From Glaucostegus cemiculus (taxonomy: Eukaryota), in assembly GCA_976551045.1 (NCBI GenBank), contig CDPCPM010000016.1, positions 8,866,001 through 8,930,000 of the forward strand: a DNA stretch of 64,000 bases. Reading direction: 5' to 3'. The number at the start of each line of letters is the position of its first letter. Within the stretch, counting starts at the first letter, position 1. The position numbers were made by a program, and so were the translations under genes. Shown here in pieces: positions 1 through 12,789 of the stretch. The notes beneath the pieces are model-generated. The model saw nothing but the letters and a program-made list of their open reading frames with translations, was not told the origin of the DNA and did no database searches.

Positions 1-230
1 TGAATCTCTAGAATTCTCTGCCCCTGGGGGTAGTGGGAGCCAGATCATTAGATATATTTAAGGTGGAGATGGATTAATATTTGAAAGATCTAGGAATTAA
101 GGATTAAGGGGAAATGGCACACAAGAGGAGTTGAGGCCAGCCTAGATCAGCCATAACTGTATTAAAAGACAGGATAGGCTTGAGGGGTCTGGTGGCCTAT
201 TTCTGCTCCTGTTTCCTTTGGTCTTGTGTT
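1..230 (+). mobile_element. CR1 LINE 3' end (truncated by window edge)
   Basis: ORF2 C-terminus/3'UTR pattern (gaattctctgccc...atttaaggtggagatggat...gatcagccat...ggcctatttctgctcctgtttc), the same as other CR1 3' ends in the window. Confidence 0.8.
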
Positions 231-269
231 CCAGCATCTGCAGTTTTGTTTTTTATTTTCATTTTTCAA

Positions 270-960
270 CAAGAAAACAAGGCCTAATGAACAAACTAAA
301 CCTCTGCTAAAATTCTAAAACCTGGCAGAGAGGAATATCACATAAATTAACAGCCTCATCTCCAACATCTGTTAAGTGAACAGCATGCCTGGTGGCTTCA
401 GAGTTACTGTAGTCATAATCATCTTCAAGAAAGGAGACAAATCTGATTGTAGTAACTAAAATAGGGTTTATCCTGTCTGCTTCAGGGTCAGTAATCTCCA
501 GAATCCTCCTGCATGCTACCTCTCAGTGGATCACAATGTTTTTTCTGTCTATCTAGAGGCACAACAGGCATGATCATCACCAAATATCAGTTTCAAGAGA
601 AAGACAGGAAAAAGCATCAAACTATAACCAACAAAAGCCGTTGACTTTGTCATTTGGGAGGAACTGAACAGAATCTTTCTCAAGTGTGGCTGCTGGTAGA
701 AATTTATCTCTTTCTTCTGCCTACAGGATAATGGCATCTTAATCGAGGCTCCCCAACAGACTCATTCTCAATTCAGATTGGATTCAAGCAAGGATGCATC
801 ATCACCCCTAAACTTCTCTCAATCTTTTTTTTTTCTCTGCAATGCTGCACCTCACCTCCAAGTAATTTCCTACTGGATGCACTTACTCCACAGGGCAAAT
901 GAAAACTGTGCAATGTCCATTTCAGAAACAAGGCCACTCCAACATTGGCCATCAAACTGC
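270..960 (+). mobile_element. Decayed RTE-clade LINE, reverse transcriptase fragment
   Basis: Translates, with stops and frameshifts, to IIFKKGDKSDCSN (~420-460), TKAVD (KAFD motif, ~630) and GFKQGCIITP (~780-810), which are RTE/BovB-like RT motifs. Confidence 0.8.
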
Positions 961-1039
961 AGTCACATGCTTGGAGGCCAAATTCCCAGTCATCATTGCC
1001 TGGTTCTCCTCCCACAACCCCCAACATCAGGGTACTACA

Positions 1040-1140
1040 CTCTCAATCCTGACATAGGGTCTTGCCCTGAAACATTACATATGCCTCCATAGATGCTGCC
1101 TGGCTTACTGAGTACCACCAGCAGTTTGTTTTTTGCACAA
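1040..1140 (+). repeat. Penelope-derived short repeat (pseudo-LTR fragment)
   Basis: cctgacatagggtcttgccctgaaac...agatgctgcctggcttactgagtaccaccagca matches the repeat also seen near 16.9, 20.9, 23.5, 27.9, 42.9, 54.0 and 55.2 kb. Confidence 0.6.
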
Positions 1141-1334
1141 TGACAAGCAGCTTCTGCTGGACAACAATTGTATGGAGACCTCAGTGTTACAAAGGAAACC
1201 CCACTGGATTGACAGGAGGCCAACTACAATATAGGCAAATAGTTGCCCTCACCTATTCACCTCACCTGATAAAGGCCTGTGCCAACAGTTGTGGGAGTAA
1301 CAGCCAGCAGGGCATTGCAGGAAATATTGATTAA

Positions 1335-1900
1335 TTGTAATGTAGATAATGCAGGGCCCAATGTGCACAAAGCAGCCCTGACAAAATGACCAGGCAATCC
1401 TCCCATTTTACTTCATCTAAGCCAATCAGCAAATTGGTTACTGGGGACATCACACTGCAATCAGTTTCCATAATGATGAGTTAATGAATATGCTCCTCCT
1501 TGAAATAGTACCTTCAGACTCTTACATGCAACCAAAGAGGAGAAACAGCCTCAGTTTACTACCTCATACAAAAAACATTGTCAGAAGTACTCACTCTTGG
1601 AAAGTAATGACCTTTCACTTCAATGAAACATTAATTCTGTTTCTCACTCGACAAAAACTCCCCAAACTGCTGAGCATGTGCAGCACTTTGGGATTATGTT
1701 AAACTAAAGCTTTATTTTTCAGTTGAGATGTTGAGGATCCCATTTTTGGAAAGGAACAATAATTTCTCCTGGTATTCCATTTCCACATGCTGCTCTTAAA
1801 ATACACTCTCAAAGCAAATTATCTTATTCATATCACTGCTCTTTTTGGGACTTGAATGACTGAGCAACAATTGTCTGAATTCATTAAGCATCCATGTTGT
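1335..1900. mobile_element. Old Deu-domain-type SINE fragments (both orientations)
   Basis: ttgtaatgtag...ccaatgtgcac and ctccttgaaatagtacc...cagcctcagttt resemble the elasmobranch DeuSINE (SacSINE1-like) core as I remember it; highly diverged. Confidence 0.45.
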
Positions 1901-2574
1901 GACACAGGTTCACTTACAACAGTCCTCGACTTGCGCACGTGGCAAGCACTTGCGTATCATTAGCTATGTAAGGAAAAACTAGTCAAATATGCAGTACATC
2001 TTCAACACTATACTTGAAATAGATCATTACCTAAGAATGTAGGAATTGTGAGTAATGCCCAGGGTACAAGTATTGACCTGTGTGGTCCAATACTCCTGAC
2101 TGCAGTCCAGGTGACTGGGCCCAAACCTATTCCTGCTTGTCTAAATCATAAACTCCAGGCATTTGGACAATCTGCTGGATTCCAGAAGAACCATTAATGT
2201 GAGGGAGGCAGCTTATCATGTTGCCATTCCCGTTGGTTGAAAAAAATAATAAATGAATATAGTGCCATGTGATTTGCCTAATTAATCAGTACATTCCAAT
2301 GTATTCATCTGTGAATGTCCTCTGTGATGGCCTGAAAAGATCGGGAGACATTAATGTCACCAGCGATGATAACCACAGTTGGTGTTCCTGCAACAGAAGC
2401 TACCTGCAGATGCCTTGTTAACCTTGAGCCTACCATTTTGAGAATTTCCAGGCTTGGACTGGCCCTTTGCCTTTAATAGCCTAACTTGATTATTATTTAC
2501 TCATTATTACTTGAGATTTGGTTATTTCACATTACAAAAATTATAATATCGACTGTCCACATATTTTCTTATGA

Positions 2575-2885
2575 CAGAGGAGGCTATTCAACCCATTGCA
2601 TCTTTGCCAGCTCTCAGAGCAACTCCATCAATCCCACTCTTGCTCTTATTTCCTATAAACTATTCTCTCCCAAATGCCCATCAACTCTCCAACCAGCCAC
2701 TTTAGGGTCAATTTAAACAGCCAATTCATCTACCGGCATGTTTCTGGAAGAGAGGAGAAAACTAGGGCACCCAGTGGAAAGCCACATAATGACAGGGAGA
2801 ACATGCAAACAGGAGTCAGGATCAATCTCGGATTGCTAAATCCGTGCAGCAGCAGCAGCACTACCTGCTGCATCACCTGTGCCAC
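2575..2885 (-). mobile_element. tRNA-derived V-SINE (HE1-like) with CR1-type tail
   Basis: Reverse-strand tRNA-like head at ~2815-2885, V-core (gggagaacatgcaaac; ggagaaaactagggcaccc) and CR1-like tail (ggaggctattcaacccatt). Confidence 0.85.
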
Positions 2886-4374
2886 TATTCAAAAGTGATT
2901 TTTTGCTTATGTAGAATTCTGGAACATCCTGAGGTTATGAAAGGAAACTCCCAAATATACAATGAAAGTACAATTAGTGCTGGTTCATAATCACATGCTG
3001 GAGTGCAGGTGATGCACTAAAAATGGGCAGAACTGGTAATTTCAGAAACACCCAGTTTCCTGTTCCTCACCTGTTCTGTTCCTGTTGATGTGAAACAGTA
3101 GTCATTCAGACCAGCTGGAAAATTTTCTCGACCTTTCAAATCCGTTTCTCAAAATGCATCTCATTGCCTCTCAAAACCTTTTCCCCCAGCTATTTTAACT
3201 TAAAAATAACTGAAAGAAGTGAACTCTGAAAAAAGGATTTTTCTTTCTTACTTATTGCTATAACTCTTGATACTTGTGAAAGAGCGTGGTGGTTTTAAGA
3301 TTCAAAGCTTTATAAGGAGAGGTAGAATTTGAAGCCATGCATTTTCTAGCATAACCTGAGCAAAGAATTGCTCAGAGGCTTTAGCAGAGAAGTGGAAAAG
3401 ATGAGATTAGGGACACTTTCTGTCTGTTGCAAGAGTTGGGGCTTTGCATAGTTTGCATTTGAAATTCCATTTACATTAATCAGAACGTTCAAGCTACTAG
3501 AACTTAATTTAACTAAGTAGAAATTCAAAGTCATCATATTTAATATGGCTTGGTTTGGATTTCTATTTAGTTTAGGGATTTGTTCAAATATTTACATTAT
3601 CATATTCAGTTAGATATTTAGGAAAGCAAAATGGATCTTTTCCAAATGCTTAAACCAATTACTAAGTTGTGTGGTCAAATTGATTAATGAATTACTATCT
3701 AACTAGGGCTCAGTAAACCTATCAGAAAACACATCAATAGTAAATGCCCCATAAGAAAGGTTTCCCAACTGTGGAACCTATTCATTTCAGTTGGCCAAAA
3801 CAAGTGATGAATTTTCAGTCTGTGGAATGGGAAGTGGTTTCTAGATGAGCCTGTATTCAGTTCAAGGAAAGAAAATGATACAGATTATTTTGTGATGTGA
3901 ACCATCCCAACCACCAGAAGTGCTGATACTGTATTCCTTTTTTGAATTTCATGCAAAAGGAAAAATCTGAATGAATTAGAGGCAAAATGCCCCTCTCTAT
4001 TAGCTCAACCTCTTGATTGTTCTCAGCTACCACACAGGACATCAATGTGGAATGAAAAAAATGTGTAAAGCAGATAACTTTGGTTTAGCAGGAACAGCTG
4101 ATTCCTAAAAGTTTCCATTGGAAGTAACAACATGAAAAAATGCCTGATTTGATTGCATTGCTGGTGTCCTCAAGTGCAGGAGGCCATTGAACTACTTGAT
4201 GTCATAACCCTACTTCATCCTTAATGAATTCTGTTTCATCAACTAGTTAGCGACCTCTAACACCATCTGCAGGTTGGTGCTTCCTCTCCAGGCACCAATT
4301 CCTTCATTTCTGATTTGAAAAGGAAGGTTAACTGCATCTATTGCTCTTTGGAGCCCAAGGCTTATCAGACCAGG

Positions 4375-4970
4375 TCATCCTGGATCCAACCTGCTACCTG
4401 AACTCACCACCCACCATGTCCACCTACCTACATTAACCGGATCTAGAAAAGGATAGCAGGCTGAACTGATTCCCTGAACACAAGAACCCTCTTGTGAAGC
4501 CGAACAGTTGCATGCATCATCAAGACCTAGGGTGCGAGCCCAAGGACTTAGCCCCAGAACACCCCAGTGCATTGTGGCAGCTTTCTGCTGGCAAATAGCT
4601 TCAACTTATTTCTCAATAATCAAAAAAAATTAAAAATAACTCATACCAGCTTAAATAATTTATAAATGTAAAGAATATTAAAATTAATTCAGTAAGTAAA
4701 TACAGTAAATAAACCACTTGCTTGGAAGTATTCTTTTAAAAAGGGCCATCAACCCCAATGAAATTAATGGGCTTGCACTTATCAGCTAGGTTGCCATGAA
4801 GCTGAGAGACCAGAAACATTTTGCCCCTCACCTTAATATTCCATGTCTGAACTCAACAGTTTAAGTCCAGCAGTGAAGCAGAAGGTCAGATGTGCTGGCA
4901 TTTGATCCCTAAATTCTGCAGAACTGCCACCAACTGGTGAACACAACCCACTCCAGTGAATTCTACCCAA
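4375..4970. repeat. Putative old non-autonomous DNA-transposon-like element
   Basis: GC-richer flanks around a central A-rich tract, ending in gaattctaccc (GGGTAGAATTC on -), similar in layout to 19745-20260. No TIR pair confirmed. Confidence 0.3.
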
Positions 4971-5239
4971 CTGTCAGATGTCAGCCCACTTTCAAATTCT
5001 CAAGTATTTTGAACTATCTATTAATCTTCAAAATGTCTGCTACCTTGTGGGTAAGGTTCTCACCTTTTCCAACCCTTATCAATATCGCATGCACGACAAA
5101 AAAATGACAAAGGGAAGTGGCTGTCTTAGTTACCTGAGAGTTGATGAATTAGCATTGCATTAGCTATATGCTCTACTATGCTCACTCTGTCCTCAGCCCT
5201 GAGCAATGCAGGGCAGCAAACCTGGTTTCATTTTGACTG

Positions 5240-5640
5240 GTTCCCTTACTCCTTTAGCACCTTTTCTTTGCCGCACCGAATTTTGCATTTCCCTTTCAGA
5301 CCCTTCATTGTTTATCATCCTACGAAGCTTTAGGCAGGTTTATCACTGTAATTTCCTTCCTTCTCTCCTCATTCAACCTCTGCACTGAGCATTTTTGTTT
5401 TCTCAAGTGATTTCAGTCATGACCCAGATTCTCCTTGCCCCATTCTTGTTTCATTTCCTTGTAGCTTTGTCCTCATTCAACCCAAGTCTATAAATAAACT
5501 CCTCACCTTCACACACAGCCACACTCAAACTTTCACCATGACACAAGGCATCGTTTCAATTACTGATCAGTTGCTTATTTGCAATAATGTCCACACTTCT
5601 TCATCCACTCAATCCCTCCACCATCACTTACCAACAGCAA
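5240..5640 (+). mobile_element. L2-clade LINE, AP-endonuclease fragment
   Basis: Decayed motifs FIVYHP (IYRPP), LSSFNLCTEH, SDFS (GDFN) and a THxHGHTLDL-like segment. Confidence 0.55.
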
Positions 5641-5669
5641 ATAAAAAGCATTCTTTCTAGTCCTTTTAC

Positions 5670-5930
5670 AAATATAGAATCACAAAAAAGTCACGGAACT
5701 GGAGGAACTTGCCTCCACTAACTGTTGGGGCAGTGCATTCCAGCTCTGAAACACTTATGTCAGAAGTTTTTCCTCCTGGTTTTTTTTGCCAATTGTCTTG
5801 ATTCCATATCCTCCAGCCAGCTGCCTTTCCTCCAGTCTTTCTCCTACCAGGTTGACTCCACTGCAGCTGAGCTGCTCATCATCTTTTGATGATTCTGCTT
5901 AAAAGGCAAAATGTTTCCCAGCCCCATCAT
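5670..5930 (-). mobile_element. Old CR1 3' fragment
   Basis: atagaatc...ggcagtgcattccag...gtttttcctc is the reverse complement of a CR1 3' end. Confidence 0.55.
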
Positions 5931-5974
5931 CACACTGTACTTGTGAGCCTAATATCAGTACAAGGAAAATTTCT

Positions 5975-7290
5975 GATCAGCAATCACTTGGAAAGGCAGG
6001 GATTAATCAGAGACTCCAGAATGGTTTTGTCAAGGGCAGATCCTGTATGACCAATCTGATTAAGTTTTTTGAAGACATAACAAAGTGTAATAATGAGGTC
6101 AGTGCAGTAGATGTGGTTCACATGGACTTCAGTAAGGCCCTTAACAAGGTACCACATGGGAGACTGGTCCAAAAGGTTAGGGTCAATGGGATCCAAGACA
6201 ACTTGGTAAACTGGATTCAGAATTAGCTTGGCAATAGGAGACAGATGGTAATGGTAGAAGGTCATTTTTATGATTGAATACATGTGACCAGTGGTGTTCC
6301 ACAGGGATTGGTGCTGGGACCCTTGGTGTTTGTAATATACATGAATGATTTAGATGTGGATGTAGGGGGTTCACAGGTGGCATGAAGATGATGCAAGTTC
6401 ACAGATGAAGATGATGGAGCTGTTGGCAGTGTGAAGGGTACTCTTGTGTGTTATCAATATGTTGGTAAAATGGGCTGAGAAATAGCAGATGGAGTTTAAT
6501 CCAGATAAATGTGAGGTGATGGTTTTGGGAGTACTAATAGGACCAGGACATATACCATGAATGATTGGGTCTAAGGGAGTACTGAGGAAGGGAAGGACCT
6601 TGGTGTACAAGTCCACAGAGCTTTTAAGGTGGCAGTGCAGGTAGTAACATGGTTAAGAAGGAACATGGGATACTAGCCCTGGGAAATAGGGCAGTGAATA
6701 CAAGAGTGCGGAGCCTAGGCACCAACTTTATAAAACATTGGTCAGCTGTCAACTGGACTACTGCATGCAGTTCTGGTCACTATAGGAAATATGTGATGAT
6801 GCTGGAAAAGATGAAGAAGAGATTCACCAAGATGTTGCCTGGGAATGGAGTGTTTTAGTTGTGAGGAGAGACAGGAAAGGCTAGGTCTGGTTTTCCTGCA
6901 GCAGAAGAGATTGAGAGGGGGCATGGTTGCGGTACATTAAATTACGAGGGGTACAGATAGGGTAGACTGTAGGAAACTTTTCCCATATCAGAGGTGGATA
7001 AAACTGAGAACAAAAGTTTAGGGTAAGGGGTAAGAGATATAGAGAGGATCTAAGAATGACTTTTTCCACCCAGAGAGTGGCGAGTACCTAGAATGCACTG
7101 CTGGAGAGAGCAGCAGAAGCAGAGTCACTGACAGCATTTAAGAAGTGGCTAGATGAGTACTTGAATTGCCAAGACAGAGAAGCCTATGGCCCAAGTACTG
7201 GAAGATGGGAATAGTACAGATGGGTGCCGAATGGTCAGCATGGACGTGGTGTGCCAAATGGTTTGCTTCCATTCCGTATGATTCTATGAT
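5975..7290 (+). mobile_element. CR1 LINE, 5'-truncated (RT domain to 3' tail), non-coding
   Basis: MDFSKALNKVPHG (~6120), SGVPQGLVLGP (~6290), QMEFNPDKCEVM (~6490) and a terminal gtatgattctatgat repeat tail at ~7275-7290. Confidence 0.95.
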
Positions 7291-7291
7291 T

Positions 7292-10200
7292 ATTTACCTT
7301 GTCTATAACCACTTTTAAATTTATATACCTCTATCAGGTCACCCCTCAGTCTCTTGCACTTCTGGAAAACAAGCCCAGCCAATCCAATGTCTTTCCATTA
7401 CTAAAGCTTTCCGATCCAGATGATAACCCATGAATCTTCTCTGCATTCTCTCCAACACAACCACATCCTTCCTATAGTTCAGCGACCAGAAATGCACACA
7501 GTGCTCCAAGTGCAGTCTAACCAGTGTTGTGTAAAATTGCAATATAACATCACAATTTTTATATTCTATACCCTGACCTAAGGAGGCAAGTATGCCATAT
7601 GTCTTTGACACCACCCTATCTACCTGTGTGGCCACCTCAGGGAACCATGGTCTTGAATCCTCTGTTCATCAACATTTCTGAGCACCATACCATTTACTGT
7701 GCATGTCCTACCCCATTTGACTTCTCAAAGGTCATCACCTCACAATTGTTGGGATTAAATTCCATCTGTCAATGCTCCACCCAACTTTCCATCTGATCTA
7801 TATCCTGCTGTAGACTTAGAAAACCCTCCTCATTATCCACAATACTACAAACTTCTGTGTTAACTGCAAACTTATACATCATACCTCCTACATTGACATC
7901 CAAATTATATACATTGCAAACAAGGGTCCCAGCATCCATTCCCTACTGATAACAGACTTCCAAAAAGCATCCTTCCACAACTACCCTTTGTCTCCTATCA
8001 CCAAGCCAATTTTGAATCCAATTAGCCACTTCGCCTTGGCTCCCATGTGCCTTAACCTTCTGGATCAGCCTACCATGTGGGGCCTAGTCAAATGCTTTAC
8101 TGACTCTACATAAACAATGTCTACTGCCATGCCTTCATCAATCTTCTTGATTACCTCTTCAAAAATCTCAATTAAATTAGCGAGACAGAATTTACCCTGC
8201 TCAAAGCCATGCTGATTATCCCGGATCAGACCCTGCCTTTCCGAATGTACATAAATCCTAACCCTTTGGATTTTTTCAAATAATTACCCTACTGCTGACC
8301 TAAGGGTTAATGGCCTTTAGTTACCTGGCTTCTCCCTGCTGCCCTTCTCCAATAAAGGAACAAGATTAGTTAGCCACTCGTCTTCTGGCACTTCACCTGA
8401 GGATAACGAAGATGCAAACATCTCCGTTCAGGGCACTAGCTATCTCCTACCTTGCTTCCCATAGCAACGTGAGACAGATCTCATCAGTCGCTAGGGATTT
8501 TTCAACCGTTATGTGTCCCCTGTCATCTAACACCTCCTTATTAATACTGACCCATTCAATTTTGTCCATGTAACCCTCCCTGAACTCACTATCTTCCACA
8601 CCCTTCTCCTTATTGCATGCAGAGAAGTATTCATTTAGGACCTCACTCAGATGGCCCACTCTTTTCTTGACTACCCTGATCACTCACAGAATGTCCTGGG
8701 ATTTTCTGTAATTTTACTTTCCAAGGATATTTCACGGTCCCTTTTTGCCTTCTAAATTTCTTTAAGTTCTCTCCTACACCCTCTATGTTCCTCAAGAGAC
8801 TCCTTTGATCAAGTTGCCTACATCTGCCATATACTTCCTTTTTCTCCCCCTAATCAAACCTTTAATATCATTTGTCATCCAATCTTGGCATCTTTGCCTT
8901 ATACCCTGACCAAAACATGCTGGCCCTGAACTCCTACTAACTCTCTTTTAAAAGACTCTCATTTGCCTGATGTTTTAGTCATAGGCATCTGCTCCCAATC
9001 TACTTTCACCAGGTCCTTTCTTACACTATTGAAATCAGCCTCCCCCCAAATCAAGATCTTTACTTGAGAACCAACCTCATCTCTTTCCATAACTACCTTG
9101 AAGCTTACATAATTATGGTTACTGTTCCCAAAGTGTTTCCCCACTGACACTTCACCATTTGCCCAATTTCCTTTCCTTGGACAAGGTCGAGTACTGCACA
9201 GTATCAAGTAGGGCTCTCTACGAGTTTTGTCAAAAGACTTCCTTGGACACACTTAATAAATTCCATCCCATCTAAGCCCCTTGCACCAAGGCAATCCCAG
9301 TCAATATTGGGAAAGTTAAAATCCTCCACTATTATAATTGTACTGTTCTTATACCTTTCTGTGATTTGCTCATAAATCTGTTCCTCTAATCCTTGCTGAC
9401 TATTGGGAGGCTTATAATATAACTGCAGCAAAGGGTTACATAAAGATCGCCCCTCTCTTATTCCTGCCCATATAGATTCCTTGGTTGATCTCTCTAAGTA
9501 CTGCTTATATGTTCTCCCTAATCAGTACTGTCACTCCACCTCATCTTTTGCATTCCCCTCTGTCATGCCTGAAACTTCTACACTCCAGAATATTAAGCTT
9601 GCCCTTCCCTCAACCATGGTTTCCATGATTGCAATAACCTCATAATTCCAGGTGTTGATCCATGCTCTAAACTCATCTGACGTCCCTGTGAGACTCCTTG
9701 CATTAGAGTAAACGCACTTGAGCCTGCCAGCCCTCCCATGTTCCCTAACCTGCTTCTGACTTCTCTGCCCACTGGACTTGCTTGATCTATCCTTTTTATT
9801 TTTCTCCCACCTGCAACTATACTTCTTATCCCCCCCCCCGCCCCCCTACCAGATTCCTGAGAAGCATGAGCAAAGGTCCCTGCAAGGACATTGGTTCCCT
9901 TCCAGTTTAGGTGTAACCCATCCTTCTTGTACAAGTCCCATCTATCCCAGAAGCAATCCCAATAGTCCAAGTGCCTAACCCAACCCCCCTCCCCTGCACC
10001 AGGTGTTTATCTGTCCTATCCCCCTATTTCTACCTTCTCTAGCATTTGGCACAGGGAGTAATCCTGATATTACAACCCTAGAGGTCCTGCTTTTTAAGCT
10101 TCTGCCTGACTCCCTGAACTCACTTTACAGTATCATCCCTACTACGTCATTAGTAGTAATGTGTACTGTGACCTTTAGCTGTTATTCCCTCTTACCTGTT

Positions 10201-10440
10201 ATCTGTGGTGTGACTAACTTGCTTAATGTTACTAGCAACAATACTTTTCACATCCTGGATGCTCCATAACAAGTCATCTACACCTCCAACTGCTCTATAC
10301 AGTCTGACAGCAGCTGCAGCTAAACATACATTCCTGCAGGTATAGTCACCAGAAGCATTACAAGTGACCATGATCTCCTTCATCTGGCACAAAGAGCATA
10401 CCACTGCCCTAGCTTCCATATTCTTTATCTCCAGTCGCTT
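7292..10440 (-). mobile_element. Near full-length decayed CR1 LINE (ORF1 zinc-finger plus SGNH esterase; ORF2 APE plus RT)
   Basis: ORF-track pieces: MEARAVVCSLCQM...DYTCRNVC (ORF1 N-terminus), WDLYKKDGLHLNWKGT (esterase DGLH motif), YYKPPNS...VEDFNFPNIDW (APE), FGNSNHNYVSF, and RLHLEHCVHFWS (RT C-terminal region). Many stops and frameshifts. Confidence 0.95.
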
Positions 10441-11319
10441 CTACACAGCACCTGAAGATTGGGTTTGCAGCCGCTGAAGGCACGCAAGACGAGGCCTCAA
10501 GTAATCCAGATATGAGCCTCATTTTAAAATACTACTGAGAAATAAATAACTTAACCTATTTTTCCACAAGAATACCACCATTGCCAACTCCAAAGTGGTA
10601 AAAAATTAGTTTTTTTGTTCTTTTCCTTAAGGAAGAAAAAAATGCATTTATTTAGTGCTTATGAAGCTCTTTATGGTCAATTATCCAAGTGAAATATACC
10701 CTCAGTTTTGATACTTGAAATGTGGCATTCAATTTGATCACTGCAAGTTTATACAGAAGTCAGGAGGATAATAAGCAGTAATAGAGGTTGGGGAAAAGTT
10801 AAAGCCAGGACATAGGGTAGATCAAAATTACCACCTGAAAGAGCAGAACATTGCCAATGTAACTATACTGCATACAGAACAACTGGATCACTGATACCAC
10901 AGGTAAAGACCATCTGTACGGCATGTGCAAGAAAGGGAGTGCATAAAGGGAATTTATACAAGTAGAAGTGGAAGGGAGCATCTCAAAAAAATGCAAGGGT
11001 GAACTTGATATGACAAGAGCTCAGCTTGTTTCTCCCTTATCCATTTAACAAGATTTCTAAACTGTATGGGGTCAAGATGATGATATTTTCATTTAGCTAT
11101 TAGCTGTTTCTATAGATTAGTGATCATTCAGCTCACTACACATTTAAAACTCCAATCATTGGCTCTTCTTTAGCTTCTGACTGGTTTCAGTTTATAACTT
11201 AATGCTGCTAAGCTCTCCAAAGCTGAAAGACTTTTTTCCTGTTTAAGAAATAAACAACTAGAGAATAGTATGTCTCACATTCTAAATCAGATAGCTGAGT
11301 ACAATTGGTTAAAAATGTA

Positions 11320-11560
11320 ACTATGTTTCCATATTTCCTTATGACAGAAGAAGAGGCCATTTGGCCCATTGCAACTAAATGGGATAGGGAAATTGCTGGA
11401 TTGGCCAACATTTCTCACCCATTCCTAATTGCCTTTGCACTGAATGGCTTGTCCAGGACAACTCATAGAGCAATTGAGAACCAACCATAATGCCCTAAGT
11501 GCAGTCATCAAATAGATGCAGACATTAAATTTACTTCCTCCAAGAACATTAATTGCATCT
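11320..11560 (-). mobile_element. CR1 tail fragment plus SINE sharing its tail with the second LINE family
   Basis: gaagaggccatttggcccatt, followed by gctggattggccaacatttctcacccattcctaattgccttt, which resembles the tail at ~39120 and ~57620. Confidence 0.5.
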
Positions 11561-12789
11561 TAAAGTTCCATCTATGTAATCAATCAGACTGACAGATTAC
11601 TATAAGTGTCAACTTCATGAAACACTTGATGGATCTGTTTTTATATAAATTTATAATTTATATAAATTAGCAGTTACGTTTTAAATTGCATTGAAACATG
11701 TTAGTCATATAAAACGTGACAATAATATTTTTTTGACTTTTCAAAGACATTAAGGTTGTGTCTACTTTTCAAGCTTCAGTCCACACAAAGAATAAGGGTT
11801 AAGTAGAAAATCTGTAACAATCAGTCAAGAAAGAATGCTACTCTGATCCTGGTTTATTGTTTCACACTGCCTGCCCCTTTATAGACCATCCTCAATATCA
11901 AACCCACACACTCGTTATCTTCTGCAATAAAGTGTTTCCAAGATGGCTGTTACTAGGGGCATTACTCTGAAAGACTGATTTGTGTTTTACCAACAGACAC
12001 ATCAATTTTCAATGGTTTGTTAATCTGTTGAAGTTTAGTGATTTATGAACATTTTTGTGGTGATTTTTGTGGTTTGTGGCATTTTCCGTGGCAGCCTCAG
12101 TGATTTACACCCCATTTCTTTGTCAATCAGTGGGGTGCAAGGTTAAGTGTGCACTCGGTCTTTACGCTAGTGGTGGGTACTGTTTTGAAAATTTACCTGC
12201 TACTGCTGGAGAATATGATCAGAGTCCTGCCAGCTGTTATGATGGGCACAACACTGATGGGTACACCTCTTCTACCTTTTGTTAAGCCAGATGTGTTTCC
12301 ATAATGGTCTTGGACTGTTGATTGGTTGAAAGGAAAATGACGAAACCTGGGTTTTCCAAAGTACTGAAAATCTCCAATATTTAAGACAACTTCCTTGCCT
12401 CTGCGTGCTGATCAAATCCCATTCAAACCTGGATTTGCCCTACTAATGACAATTGTCTTCCTTCTCAAGCACCACGAATCTGGGCTACTGTCCTGGAACC
12501 CTACTGACATTAACCTCTATCCTGCCTTATCTGTGTTAAGCCTGTTCTCCAGTCTGTCTTATCTATAGTAAACATGAGTCATTAGACTGTCCTGTCCGTG
12601 TTGAATAGACTCTCCTAACTACAACATCTTATTTGTAGCAACTCTGATCACTATCATATCTTATTTATGCCACTGCTGGGTCTGATCCTGTTAAATCAAT
12701 CTTGAAGGCTGTTACCATTAGAACCCTTGAGTACTAATCTGTGGTTAGAACAACTCCTTTGGCCATATTTCTTTCTTATAAGCTTCCTT

